Shown one piece after another: positions 38,501 through 50,029 of a stretch of DNA of 64,000 nt. How positions within the stretch are numbered: position 1 is the stretch's first letter; every line of letters starts with the position of its first letter. Source of the DNA: Phoronis australis (Eukaryota > Animalia > Phoronida); NCBI GenBank assembly GCA_002633005.1, contig NMRA01000199.1, positions 189,321 through 253,320 of the forward strand. Direction: 5' to 3'. A model generated the notes under the pieces. It did not search any database. It had not been told where the DNA came from and worked only from the letters and a program-made list of their open reading frames with translations. A program made the position numbers and the translations under genes.

Positions 38501-39597
38501 ACCACCGGGTGATTAATTGTTGTCCGATATCTTACTGACGACGCTGGAATGTTTGCCTGTTTTGCCAGGTATAGGGTACAGAAACTAGACTATAGGCGGC
38601 AGGGCGGCATTGCACATCACCAGTTCCGCTAAAACACAAGGCAGCACGTGTGCAGAAGAATTCTGTTTTCACGATGACCGTTCTTTAGCTAAACAGATGT
38701 CGGAAATACAAGATCACTGTCATTCAGTCTATACTGTAAGGACAGGCGAAATTGAGAATTTTTAATCATATTTCTTTTTATTTTCATTTTGCTTGGATTT
38801 TCGTAAGCACGGTGATACAATTTTTGTCATATATAAAAATTCTATGAAAAAATCTCCACAACGCATTGCTATTGTGACTTCGCTTTCGATCAACAGTTGG
38901 AGCAAAATTGAAAGATTAAAATAGACTAATTGCATATAGGCGCCTTCCATTCTAATTCTGCAATGACTAAAATTATTTTCCTGCAACTAAAAACATAGTT
39001 ATTACAATGCCCATTAACAAGACAGAAAGCAAGGCGAGATTTTGATCTCCCGATTTCGTGAATAGATTCATGCATTTGTTTCATACATGTAGTTAGCGAT
39101 AAGTTTTAATAAAAACTCGTATTACGTTTAATGTGATTCTATCTTCATTTTAATGTGACTATGAACCCGACTTCAAAATTTAGCTACATTCAATTACAAT
39201 TATGCAATTGGCCTCAAAATGGTTCTTGAATTAAACACAACAGACAGTTTGTCATTGCTTGACGAGGCTCAACAACTTGGTTTGCCACGACGGGTCATAT
39301 ACAATGCTGAGATCCCATGACCGTCTCATTTCAGGGCACCAAAACTGTTTTTCATCGGAGCTAAGAACAAATTAAGATGGTAATACATGTACAGTAATCG
39401 GTCTAAATCAAAGGAGAGTTTAATCAAACACGAGTTCTGTAGCCGCGTGAGGGGTCGCAGGTGCAGTTTTTGCTAAATAATGCGCCGTAAACCACGTTTT
39501 GGTGTTAAAAACATCAACTTTCTTTTTAAAAGGCAACGTCATCGTGGTCTCAATCCCTTCCTTTTACTGAAATGTGTTAGAATAAATCTCCTGGTGT

Positions 39598-39659
39598 CCC
39601 CCTGACGACGCTACTGCCTCGGCATCTGAAGCTAAACGTCGGGTGACGAAACATTAGGC
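39598..39659 (+). ncRNA. Degenerate solo hammerhead ribozyme (probable PLE pseudo-LTR relic)
   Basis: CC-CTGACGA-CGCTAC...GTGAC-GAAA-CAT-TA-GG. Core boxes are intact and stem II is imperfect. AAACATT is explicable as CpG decay of the palindrome AACGTT. Confidence 0.45.
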
Positions 39660-41925
39660 ATTGAATCGGGAATATGTTTCTTGAAAGTGGTTTAAGACAG
39701 AAAACCTATCTTTTGCTCACACTTCACGGATGCTGAATAAATGAAATTTACCAAATAATTACGAGCGCATCACATTCTGAGAATACATTATTGGAATTAT
39801 CACAGCAACTATAGCTGTTATTTGTATATTCTCGGGGATCTTACACTTTTGCTCAAGTGAGATTTAAATTCTTGTTAGAAATAGTTGTGTGAAGCGTAAT
39901 TTCTAACTTAAGTCTTAGTCACTTTTTATGAAATAGAACCCCTGATCTGAAGAGACAGCCACCTGTCGGCAACGCTCGCAATCTAGGAATAAGGTGAGAA
40001 AATGCTATGGCAGAAAGTAGACTAAATAAAAAATGGAGTGCTTCACAGGCTCATTGCACGTGAGAAAAAGCTTTTCGAAACTGAAAGTGACTTTCTCTGT
40101 ATTTGGAAGGTATTTATCATGTTAAGGTCGTGAACTAATCGAATGTAACACATACCTTGCGCTTGTACAACGCTGTTCAGACATTTGTCAATACAGTACA
40201 GAGAGTAATAGGTTTGATCGACCCAGAAACACAACAAAAAAAAACTTTTTCAGAAGAGAAAAGGCAAAAGATGTTCAAGTATGTCCACTTGGAAGATGAA
40301 CATTACCACTCTAAGACGTATTGAAATCGTGAGAAGATTATCTCCATTGAAAAGTGGGCCACTCACCTTCAATTCTGCTGAAGTTTATTTTCTCTTCAAT
40401 TTGGAGAGCGTCTTCAATAGAACCGCGGGTTTAAATCTCTAGTCTGAAGTGAGCCAATCAGATGGAACAATTAGTTTTTATACGATCAACGACGCTAAAC
40501 CTTTTACTGTGTTTGCTTGAGACCATAGATCGTTCAAGCCAGCTTTATCACGCCACTTCCGAGATATTCAAATGATCTTTCATTAAGCAAATTTAAACAT
40601 ACAATACCATATGGTTGTTTTAATAACTGACCAATAAAGGACAAGTGCGCAAGATATAATAAAGCTTTTAACAAATACGAGTCAAAATAAAACCATGTTT
40701 TATTTGACGACTGCGTTGTTTCTATGTCGATAAAAAGTCGTTGCTCAGAAGTTAAATGTCATTCGTCAATTGATCGACATCAAAAATCGTCTAATTGTCT
40801 CAGTCGCCTAAAAGGGTTCCCAGAGACAGTGTGCTAGAAAGACGTCCATTAGCTTTTGAATTTGAAAATTGATATCGACCAGTTTGGAAAGAGCTCTAAA
40901 ATGCTTAACATAAACAAATAGGCGTCGGGTGCAATCCTGAAACACAGAAGCTTATTTGAAAACATGCTGGCGTAACTGTTGCTGTTCTCTCTTCATCTGA
41001 AAACCGATATTAGTATTTCACATCTGTCTGGAACAATAAAGAACGCGTAACTATTTTTATGTAGCATTGCTATCCTGATGTGTTACTTGGCAGTTTTCAA
41101 AGTCTTGGACCCAAATGGTTGGATGGAGTAGTCACGCTATGTTAAGCAGTTTATAGACTAGCTTCCATTGAAGACACCGTGGAGACACCGAAAATGGGAT
41201 GCGGATTATGTCAGAAAGTGTACATCTATGTTTAAGGTGACGTTTTATGCCTCGCATTTCTTGTTTAAGAACAAAAAAGCCTAAAAAACTACAAAAAATA
41301 TTATAGTTGGTAGACTCGTAATGTAAACGTAAATGCAAGCTTCACGACTTCCGCTTTGGATACACTAAACGAAGGATTGATCGTTTAAGAGCATAGCAAA
41401 CAAACTGCATCACAGTTAGCGGACAAGACTTTTTAGGACGGCATCCGTTTCGCCAATCCCGTTACGCATTTCTTTTTATATGGCTTATTCAGCACACGCG
41501 TCTTTCAATGTCGCTGAGGGGAGGTCGATAGAATCCTCTTGGCAGCAGTTTGTCCCTTAGATCTCTAAGTTGAATTGCGTCACTTCACAAAAGCATGGCG
41601 CAACATAATCCGCGCATATCGCTTGCTGCAATAGGGAATATTGAAGCTTAGAATAATAGCAAAACCAAAACAAAAACAATAACATGCTCAGCAACAAAAA
41701 TAACAACAAAAGCACAAACGACGTTGACACTGAAAACGACAACAAAAAATAACACCATTACCGCGACGAAGTGACAAAATGTCAGGTAATCCAATCATAC
41801 GTAAGCACTTTGAACATTTAGAATAATAAAAGATAATCATATCAACAACACTATTAAAATGACGATGAAGATGATGATAACGGTGATGACGACATAATAA
41901 AATAATACTAATAATGATAATACTG

Positions 41926-42040
41926 ATCATGATGATGATGATGATGATGATGATGGTGGTGATGATGATGATGATGATGATGATGGTGGTGATGATGATG
42001 ATGATGATGATGATGATGAGGAGGAGGAGGACGGTGATGA
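41926..42040. repeat. (GAT)n/(GAG)n microsatellite
   Basis: Directly visible. Confidence 0.95.
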
Positions 42041-43616
42041 CACCAATGTTATATTATTACAGTATTATTATGTATCACAATAAATAAACGTAATAAAGTT
42101 TTACGTACCGTTAATGACGTACAGTTGTGTTTAAGAATCGTGTCACTTTTGAATTTATTAAGCCTGCAACAGACCGATAAAAATCAAGACAAAACAAGTT
42201 TTCGCCTTCTAAAACAATGCCATACACGAATTTGCATTTAGTAAACGGAAACAGGTTGTGATAAAACTACGTAGTGATAAGAGCCTTTAAATACATTGCT
42301 GTGTTTTACCCGTGTTTAAACATTTGCCTTATGTTAAAGTTTACCTTTGTCGTATACCTGGCTGACGTCATAATTAATAAGGCTTTCCAGGTAAATGTGT
42401 TGGTCCCATCTGCCTGTCTATAACGTAACATTGGTTTTCATATTGATGGCACGTGGAGGTGGCACTGGTTAGAGATTGTGCGTGAATAAACAGAATAAGT
42501 AGCGAGTGATGTTACGATACATTAATTCCTCAATACTTAGTGTTAGGAAAGACAAAAGTATGTGTCTGTTTGCATTTTATTAACTGTTCTTATCTCACAC
42601 CTCCCGTAGATAAATAAACCAGCATTAGTTTTCGTAACTTAATTTTGCAGACATTTCCCCGAAGGATGTTACTTAAAAAGTTGCGGCGCGATTCCGAACG
42701 CGTTTTCGTCAACACGGTCTTTGTTTTACTTGTCAAGGGCTTTCATTCAGGTCTCGTGGCCTATTTTTTAATTCTTCATTAAAAGTTTGAGAACTAATAA
42801 GGAATTCCAGACCACGACAATCTTTACTGTTGTGGCATCGTGTGACCTAAAGACGATGCATTTTGGTGAAACTAAAGACACCAACTGTTAATGAAAACCG
42901 AACTGAACCCGTTAAAAATTAATTCAATGTAAAATCGTTTTGCGTCTGCTTTGGCCTATCTTTGGTCTACTCCGTTGAGTGGCGTGGCTGGAGATGCGGT
43001 GGAGAATAATCATAGCTAAATCGCCTTTGCCCATCGTTCCTCGGACAAGGTTCTTTCACGTTAATTACGGATCTGGGGGGCATACAGCGTAAAGTAGTAA
43101 TAAAACCGTGCCGCTGAGATGCTCTCTCTCCAGCTAGTGATAAGTATGGAACTCGCATGGATAATATACGTTTTTTCTGCTGCCGAATATACACTGTATT
43201 ATTTTAGACATAAATTATGACAAGATGACGTATAAGTATGGGTCACTATTTTTTAGATTTGGAAGGTGAAAATATGGTCGCCATTTTCAAGGATCAGCGG
43301 CATCCCACCAACCAAATTTAGAGTCCAATAGTGTGTCCCCCGGGGGTTACTGGATCTCAAACATGATTTCAAGTAGCACTATTAATAAAATATCAGGAGT
43401 TGCAAGAACATCTCGTTGTTTTGGCTAACGTAATAAAAAATGCAGGATGTCTAATATTATAAACGCTTGCCTCTAATACGAAGTCCGTATGTGAGTTCCC
43501 CCAGTGGTTGGGAGCACCCATCAACTACGGATTTCTGTTAGAAATAAATAGCCGAACTGGTGTAAGTGCACCCGATTCTCCGCTATGAGTCATGCACGCC
43601 GTGCCATCCCGCAGGT

Positions 43617-44198
43617 AGCTTCGTCCCCAACCCTCAAGATGGCTCTAATCGGTTTAGCCATTTGAGGCTTGGTGAGGAGTTATTCCCTTCTGCGTGCGCT
43701 GATATTGTCGAACTTAACTGACATGAGCGACACAAGAAGCCTTCAGACACTTGAATTCTTAAATACCAGGTCTTGAAGATTCTTGTCCTTTTTTCTTTGG
43801 AGTGATGAATTTGAGAAACTAAATAAAATCCAAACGCAGATTTAAACTGTTTTCATAGGTGTTGCTGTTACTGCCATTCGTTATTCGGAAGCAGAAGGCA
43901 GTTACAATATTGGTCATAGTTTGAAATGAAATATTTTCGCGTACTTATTGTGAATTCTATTTTTAGAAAGCACCATATAAATTATCCCGCTTTGGAATTT
44001 ACCTGAATTGCTACATAAATACCGCTCATTGTGATTTCATAGTACAGGAACTTTCAAAGTTGATAAAACTTTACATCACTGGTGATATTCCGGCCATTTC
44101 CGTAAAAATACGACAAAATCCTGCCCAGAAAGTTTCTCCTTACCAAGTCTCAAATTGCTAAACCGATCAGCGCCATCTCGAGACCTGGGGACGAGGCT
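43617..44198. mobile_element. 582-bp non-autonomous DNA transposon with ~65-bp imperfect TIRs and 3-bp TSD (GGT)
   Basis: Left AGCTTCGTCCCCAACCCTCAAGATGGCTCTAATCGGTTTAGCCATTTGAGGCTTGGTGAGGAG; right reverse-complemented AGCCTCGTCCCCAGGTCTCGAGATGGCGCTGATCGGTTTAGCAATTTGAGACTTGGTAAGGAG. GGT at 43614-43616 and 44199-44201. Confidence 0.8.
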
Positions 44199-45672
44199 GG
44201 TAAATTCTCCAGCTTGAAATACTGAGACGTGGACATGTTGCGGACACCTAGATACTCGATAAATGCAGTCTATAACCAGGAACTCCCAAAATTGAACAGT
44301 CAGCACCGGAGACCACACCTTTCCTACTAATCAACTCCGTTTCTCGCCAAGCTCTCTGACGATCGCAAATATTCCAGCTTAAGCAAATCTAAACTGTTTC
44401 CTAAAGCTCACCGTCGGGTTGGTTCTGCCTCTTTAAGATTTATGAACGTCCCTAACTTTTATGAACTGTTGCATTGTTGCATGAAACGTTACCAACTAGC
44501 ATCGGCATTAGATGAGGACTCAACTTTTGGTGTTACCTAAAGTAAGTCTCTAAGTTGATTTCTTGACAGTAAACTTGCTGATAAACTGCAAGATAAATGT
44601 TGACAACTGTGTTGTGTTCCAGGGTTAACCCTGGAAGGCCCCACGTTGTGATATTGCAACACCACTTTTGACAATCTATAATTAACCCTCAAATCATTTT
44701 CCACTCCTGTTGATTCATGCAACCAGTCAGTAGTCTCTACAAACTCGACCAAGTGGACTGTTGCAACGGTTTCATAGTCAACCGAAAGAAAAATCAGCAA
44801 TTTAACGATATTCTGTTGTTGACGGTTCATCAGACAGGATACCTCGCGCTTCAACGTACGACACGGCGCACCATTGGTGTTCTTGGTTCCCACGGCAGAC
44901 AAAAACTTCTACCGCAGGTACCAGCTAACGTGCACTATAGCGTAGAAATTGCTAATTCCTGTGTTATTTGACGTGCCTGCATTTGAGTATTTAAATCACA
45001 TTATCATTTGCTGTTGTTGCTACTACTACCTGGGTTGTCCACTATATAAATAACGACATTCCATTCGGGGAAGGCTTTAAAGGCACATTGACCGTTGGTA
45101 TGTTTCTGGCGGTTGTGGTGGACATTTCCTTCTCGCGGTGGTATCCCGTTTTTTCAATTTAGAATGTTCGCAACTATCCAGGTACTGGCGATGTTCGAAA
45201 TTATTTTTGTAAACCTTTTTTGATTGCTGTTTTCTCGATGTGATGTAATATGGCGAAAATGCTAATCATGTGTCACTTGACGTGCCTGCGTTTTTGAGTG
45301 TTTCGCATTTCGTGTTTTCATTTCTTGATAAAGCACTGCAAGGACTAACTAGATATTCCAATTTATAACGACAGAATGAAAAAGAAAGGTGATTTCCCTT
45401 GAAGTGAACGGTTTTTTTGCTTTCACAAGTAAAGGATTGTTCGAAATGCGGCACCGGACTTCTTGCCAGTTCTTTCGATCCGGGTGAACGTTGGTTGAAA
45501 ATACAGACAATTTATGGCAAATTGTTTCATGCATTTTACGTTTGTACGCTTTGCAGTGTGGAAATTGGGGTGCCAGGACTACTCGTAAAACTCTCAGTTG
45601 GTTTTTATAAACTTGGAGCTTGTGACATTTCAAAATCAAAGAATAAAAGCGAATATTGCGGGTAGTTATACT

Positions 45673-45678
45673 TTTATT
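45673..45678 (-). other. Candidate polyadenylation signal of the phosphatase gene
   Basis: AATAAA on the minus strand ~90 nt after the stop. Confidence 0.45.
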
Positions 45679-45769
45679 TGAAGATATCGTGTAAAGCACA
45701 ATGGCGGTTTTTATAATTGAAACTAAACATAGAAGTAAGAAGGATTTAAAAACTTGACTTGGACTAAAT

Positions 45770-47245
45770 TTATGCCCTACGTCGAGGATTGGATTTGGTA
45801 AACTCGTAAAATGTTTTTCCATTTTTGTCAACGTACGTCACAGTTAGGGCGTTTTCTTCCATCTCAATCCCCACAAATGCATGTTCGGAAGTGAACATTT
45901 TAGAATCCACCCCTTTCGATTGCGTATCCTTCAAAGCACCTGAATTCTGCGTGCGGGTTTTCGACCCGGAACCGGAAATCACGTAATCAATGACCTTGTT
46001 AGAACGTGCTTCTAAGTGCTCCATGTCATGGTCATGACCAGCGATGTACAAGGCGACACCGTATCGCTCCATGAGAGGGCGAAAGTTTTGATACATTCCC
46101 CTGGTGGATATCCACTTCCCATGGTCCCCGGAAGAGAAGACCGGGTGATGGCCGCAGACGATAATCCAATCCCCGCGCGAGTTTTGCAGTTCCTTAGTGA
46201 ACCAGTCGAGTTGGGTCTTATCTGTTCCGTATCTCCCAATCTGCGTATCGATCATGATAAAGTGTACCGTTTTAGATCCAACCATCTTGTAAAACGAGTA
46301 GTATAAACTTGGCATGTACCATCTAGAGTCAATGCGAGATAACTTCACTTGATTGTACGCACGATTAAATCTGTGGTCGTGGTTTCCAACAATGATGTAC
46401 CACGGTTTCATCAAGGCAGGCTGGTTGTAAATCTTTCTCCAGGTATTTTCTACTTGAGAATCTGTCTCGCTTGCAATACCATTCTCATAGAAGTTATCCC
46501 CTAGAGCAATGATGAATTGTGCCGTCTTCTTCTGCGCCCATTTCGCCATCTCCAACGCCACCTCTCGTTGATCTTGACCCGGTTTGCCCCAGTCACCAAT
46601 GGCAGTGAAAGCAAGGCGGTCTTTCCCAGGCGTTGTTATCAGAGGGGTTGATGTGCGCTTATAAAACATGAGCGGTTGGTTTAAACCCTCACTAATGGTG
46701 TAAAACCCGGACCCGTCCGCATTCCAACAAATCGCCTCTCGTTGAACTTCAGCTATAGTACTTATCTCTGTAGGTTCTCTAACAAGTGTTTGGAGAATTG
46801 TTTCCCCTGCCCGGCGCTTCCAGTAGAAGTTTTTCTCGTGGTCCGTCATTAGTATTTCGTCTCCACTCGGAGAAATGTCGGCTCCTCTAGGAGCGTTGTG
46901 TTTCTTCGACAACACCTTCATGGTTGTTTCCGAAATCATATCCACCACTTGTCCATTCCACATAATGTTTGACGGTACTTGATAAATGACAGGATTGCGT
47001 GACAACGTGACCGTTTTGATGACGAATACATTGCCCAGTTCATCTACCATAATGGCTTCTGAGTGACTGAAGTGAGTCCACGTCACCTTCAATACTTCTG
47101 GTTTAATGGTCGCTGAGGAGATCGTCTTGGGTTCCGGAAAACGATAAAGCGTAATATACTTTCTCAGAAATCTTGTCATCGTGTCCACAACATAGATGTA
47201 GTTCTTGCCGTTAGGCCCTCTCCCCACTGCCAAATCTTCCCAATC
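45770..47245 (-). CDS. Exon 3 of beta-propeller-like + purple acid phosphatase (ACP5/TRAP-like) fusion gene
   Basis: Acceptor TTTTGCAG|GAT (phase 0), then 491 codons and a stop. C-terminal ~280 aa has the metallophosphoesterase motifs GDWG, GDNFY, GNHDH, VCGHH and GHDH. N-terminal ~195 aa has DWEDLAVG, YRFPEP, SEAIMVD, GADISPSG and QREAICW..DGSGFYTISEG. Confidence 0.93.
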   Translation of the reverse strand, partial: DWEDLAVGRGPNGKNYIYVVDTMTRFLRKYITLYRFPEPKTISSATIKPEVLKVTWTHFSHSEAIMVDELGNVFVIKTVTLSRNPVIYQVPSNIMWNGQVVDMISETTMKVLSKKHNAPRGADISPSGDEILMTDHEKNFYWKRRAGETILQTLVREPTEISTIAEVQREAICWNADGSGFYTISEGLNQPLMFYKRTSTPLITTPGKDRLAFTAIGDWGKPGQDQREVALEMAKWAQKKTAQFIIALGDNFYENGIASETDSQVENTWRKIYNQPALMKPWYIIVGNHDHRFNRAYNQVKLSRIDSRWYMPSLYYSFYKMVGSKTVHFIMIDTQIGRYGTDKTQLDWFTKELQNSRGDWIIVCGHHPVFSSGDHGKWISTRGMYQNFRPLMERYGVALYIAGHDHDMEHLEARSNKVIDYVISGSGSKTRTQNSGALKDTQSKGVDSKMFTSEHAFVGIEMEENALTVTYVDKNGKTFYEFTKSNPRRRA

Positions 47246-48201
47246 CTGCAAAATGATTTAGAGCTATTAACAACATACATGCAGTACCATCACGACGTGT
47301 ACCTAAACATCAGGTTTTCAAGACGTAGTAATCAACTTGAATAGTTGATTCATTTCAGAAGTGTTCTCAGTTATGATATTAAAATATTTGTGTAACATTT
47401 TAGAAAAACAATCATCAATTTTTGTAGAAAAAGCAACTTGTATGGTTGCAAATAATTTCCCATTGGTCTTACAATGGGTATGAAAGGAATTACAAGGATT
47501 TGCAAAGTAATTCCATGCTGAACTACTCGTCCAATAGGTGGCGTCAGTATGTGTAACATACATGGAGATGTGAAAACATTAATTAGGAACACGTAGACAG
47601 TAAGGGGTCTATATTTCAGGAACATCGTTACGCGTGCCCCACCAAGTGAATATCGAGTCACTCTTCGTACAAAGAAAAAGAAATTACACCGGTTGCGGGC
47701 ATTGTTTTCACTAGCAGTACAATCTTGCTATTTATTTTAACAATGTTTCTCTAGTCCCAGTTCGTTCTTCGCGAATAAGTTTGTTGTGATTACAATTAAT
47801 ATCTTAATCTTCTGCAAGCAGTTTTGAAAAGTGCACTTGCAAGTCTCCCCACTGAGCAGGGGAAGTGTGCCAAAATAGCCGTCACGTTGAATAACCTTAC
47901 CTAAGGTCTATAGCGATGCACTAAACCTCAGGCGCACTGATTCTATTGGATAGTAACAGCCTAGCAACATGACGCCAACAGCAGTGGGACAAAAAAAGTG
48001 GGGTCATGGGTCAGGACTAGTGTGGACCCCGGATATTCAGTGTGTTCGACGCATGCATGGTTTTTAAGGGTGAGAATATGGAAATTGTACCGCAGGTTTA
48101 ATGGTCCAAGACAAGGGTTTGGTTGATAATGTAGCTGGAATTTAGAGGCGCGGTCATAGAATCATTGCCGTCCGCTGTTTTGTCGCTTGTCATAAACTCA
48201 C

Positions 48202-48407
48202 CTTGTTTGAAGCGCCATCTAACGTGAATGTAGCCAATAACTGGCCACTTTTTGCACTCAACGCCTTGACAGTGGGCGATCCTCCATCGTTAGTAACGTA
48301 CAACACGTCGCTATGGCTACGACTGGCCGCCATGCCAGACGCCTCGTCCACATCGCTATGCGTGACCATGGCAACAACCTGACCATGATCAAACTGTGCT
48401 TGCGTAC
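48202..48407 (-). CDS. Exon 2 of the propeller-phosphatase fusion gene
   Basis: Acceptor CTTTCGTCCCCAG| at 48408 and donor AAG|GTGAGT at 48201. 206 nt, phase 1 to 0. Encodes TQAQFDHG...DEASGMAASRSHSDVLYVTNDGG...LDGASNK and joins exon 3 to give the N-x-DWED motif. Confidence 0.88.
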
Positions 48408-48565
48408 CTGGGGACGAAAGTTTGGAGAAACAGAATGGTATTAACAATGTCTTAGCAGGTTTGGTTTGCCTTACTTACTTGAGCAGATAGTTACGGTATT
48501 GTCCAAAATCTAAGTCTGCAAGTTGTTACCCCGTCTTTTCTCACACATGATGAATTTATGGCCAG

Positions 48566-48714
48566 GGCTGGGTTGCATAAAACTTGAAAATAATACACTG
48601 GATAAGTTTGATTGTTGCGTGTCGCTAGGTTTATTGTTCAACAATAACAACGTGACTCATGATAATGCGATGTCATTGTTGCTATACGGAGTATAACTAC
48701 TATGCAACTGGGCC
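48566..48714. mobile_element. 149-bp PIF/Harbinger-like MITE with 3-bp TSD (CAG) in intron 1
   Basis: TIRs GGCTGGGTTGCATA and reverse-complemented GGCCCAGTTGCATA (11/14). CAG at 48563-48565 and 48715-48717. Confidence 0.65.
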
Positions 48715-49549
48715 CAGATTGTTAACATCGTCTAATCACGAATCTTTGAGAGTGGGAATTCAAAGGTGCCGTGAAACCGTGTTCCGTGAAAGTCCTCTTG
48801 AGTAATCTTTTTACCGCTATGAAACTGGTCTTGATGATTCTTGATGTCAGTAGGTTTCTAGGAAAGGAAAAAATGGCCACCGTGACAATGCAACTTTTAG
48901 CCTGGTTTTGAATATTAACGAACTATTAGTAGTTCTTGAGCTCAGGAGTAGCCTCTACTCTGAGTGAAGAACATGTATATATCAAAAGGCAGAAAGCGGG
49001 CTTACGGCAGCCATGTCTAAATTATCGTTTTGCGGCCGAAAAACGCACACTGGGATTTATTGTTGGATGGGGTACACTTTTTCAAGATATTACCTCTGGT
49101 CATACCTATAACTAAATGCAACCGTTGTGTTTTTGTGATTTTGCAGCACGTTGCCATTTATCACTGCTGCATGTGTTCCAGACATTTGCTAAAATCAAGG
49201 GTGGCCACTTCACGAGTTATATGCGCTTAAACTACTCTCATAATTTTTAATGGAGTGATATTTAGCTCAGTGAGTGAGTCCATGTTAGTCGTAGGTCTTT
49301 CCGATTATGTTACTTTAACACATGATGCCATTCCGTGTTCTTGGCTATGTGCTGCATGGCTTCAAGGGTTACGTACACGTATGCAGTAGTACCCCATAGG
49401 CCACATATTTGACAATTTCGGAACATCAAGTCTCAGAAATGTCTGATTAGATTCATATAAAATTTTCATGTTATACACGGCTCTCCATACGTTGTTGCCT
49501 CGATTTTCTGTAGATAAGCCCATCGGCGTGTATCATTAAGGCGTTTTAG

Positions 49550-49909
49550 AAACACCAAATAAATGCCCGGGCGTTTATTCGGAAAAGGGGGCGTGTAAAC
49601 GGAAAGTCATAGTTTTGCTGTATTTGACATTTTTTACTTAAAACAGTGTTTTTAAATTTTATGTTAATAAATGCATAGTTCGTTTTTAACAATGATAAAT
49701 GCTCCACAAAAGTGAATTTGCGTTAAAAAGTTGACGCTGAGTTGACTGCTAAGAGAAAATTTTCCGAATAAAGGCGCCCCACTATCTGGACACTTGACAC
49801 CAGAAGTTGCAACACCAAATAAACGCCCATGGGGGTTTATTCGGCATAATTTTCCGAATAAACACCAATAGCGTTTCATAAGGGGAATTATCTCTGGAAA
49901 ATCACGGTA
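49550..49909. mobile_element. Tc1/mariner/pogo-like non-autonomous element fragment with palindromic subterminal repeats
   Basis: Repeated CC(G/A)AATAAA(C/T)GCCC and GG(C/G)GTTTATTCGG motifs in both orientations. Ends GGAAAATCACGG-TA. Confidence 0.5.
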
Positions 49910-50029
49910 GGAATTGTTTTACAAGTGCCTCACTTTTGCATGAGAGGCTATCAATTATAGGAATTTTATGATTTTCATGAAAAAGTAAAAAGTTTTATAA
50001 AACGAAATAATGATTACGAAAACTGTAAT

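Noticed and set aside
38535-38590. CTGACGA...GAAA hammerhead-like cores (also 13151-13110 minus, 54964, 63695)
   Set aside because: No convincing stems I/II/III or correctly placed GAAA and cleavage triplet.
47246-47251. ORF-track start of the 493-aa phosphatase ORF
   Set aside because: TTG CAG is the splice acceptor. The real N-terminus comes from exons at 51025 and 48407.
48362-48375. Strong RFX X-box GTGACCATGGCAAC
   Set aside because: Lies inside coding exon 2 (VAMVT codons) and is explained by the protein sequence.
45770-48407. Bacterial contamination as the source of the propeller-phosphatase ORF
   Set aside because: GT-AG introns with matching phases, a separate signal-peptide exon, intronic MITEs and contiguity with animal sequence.
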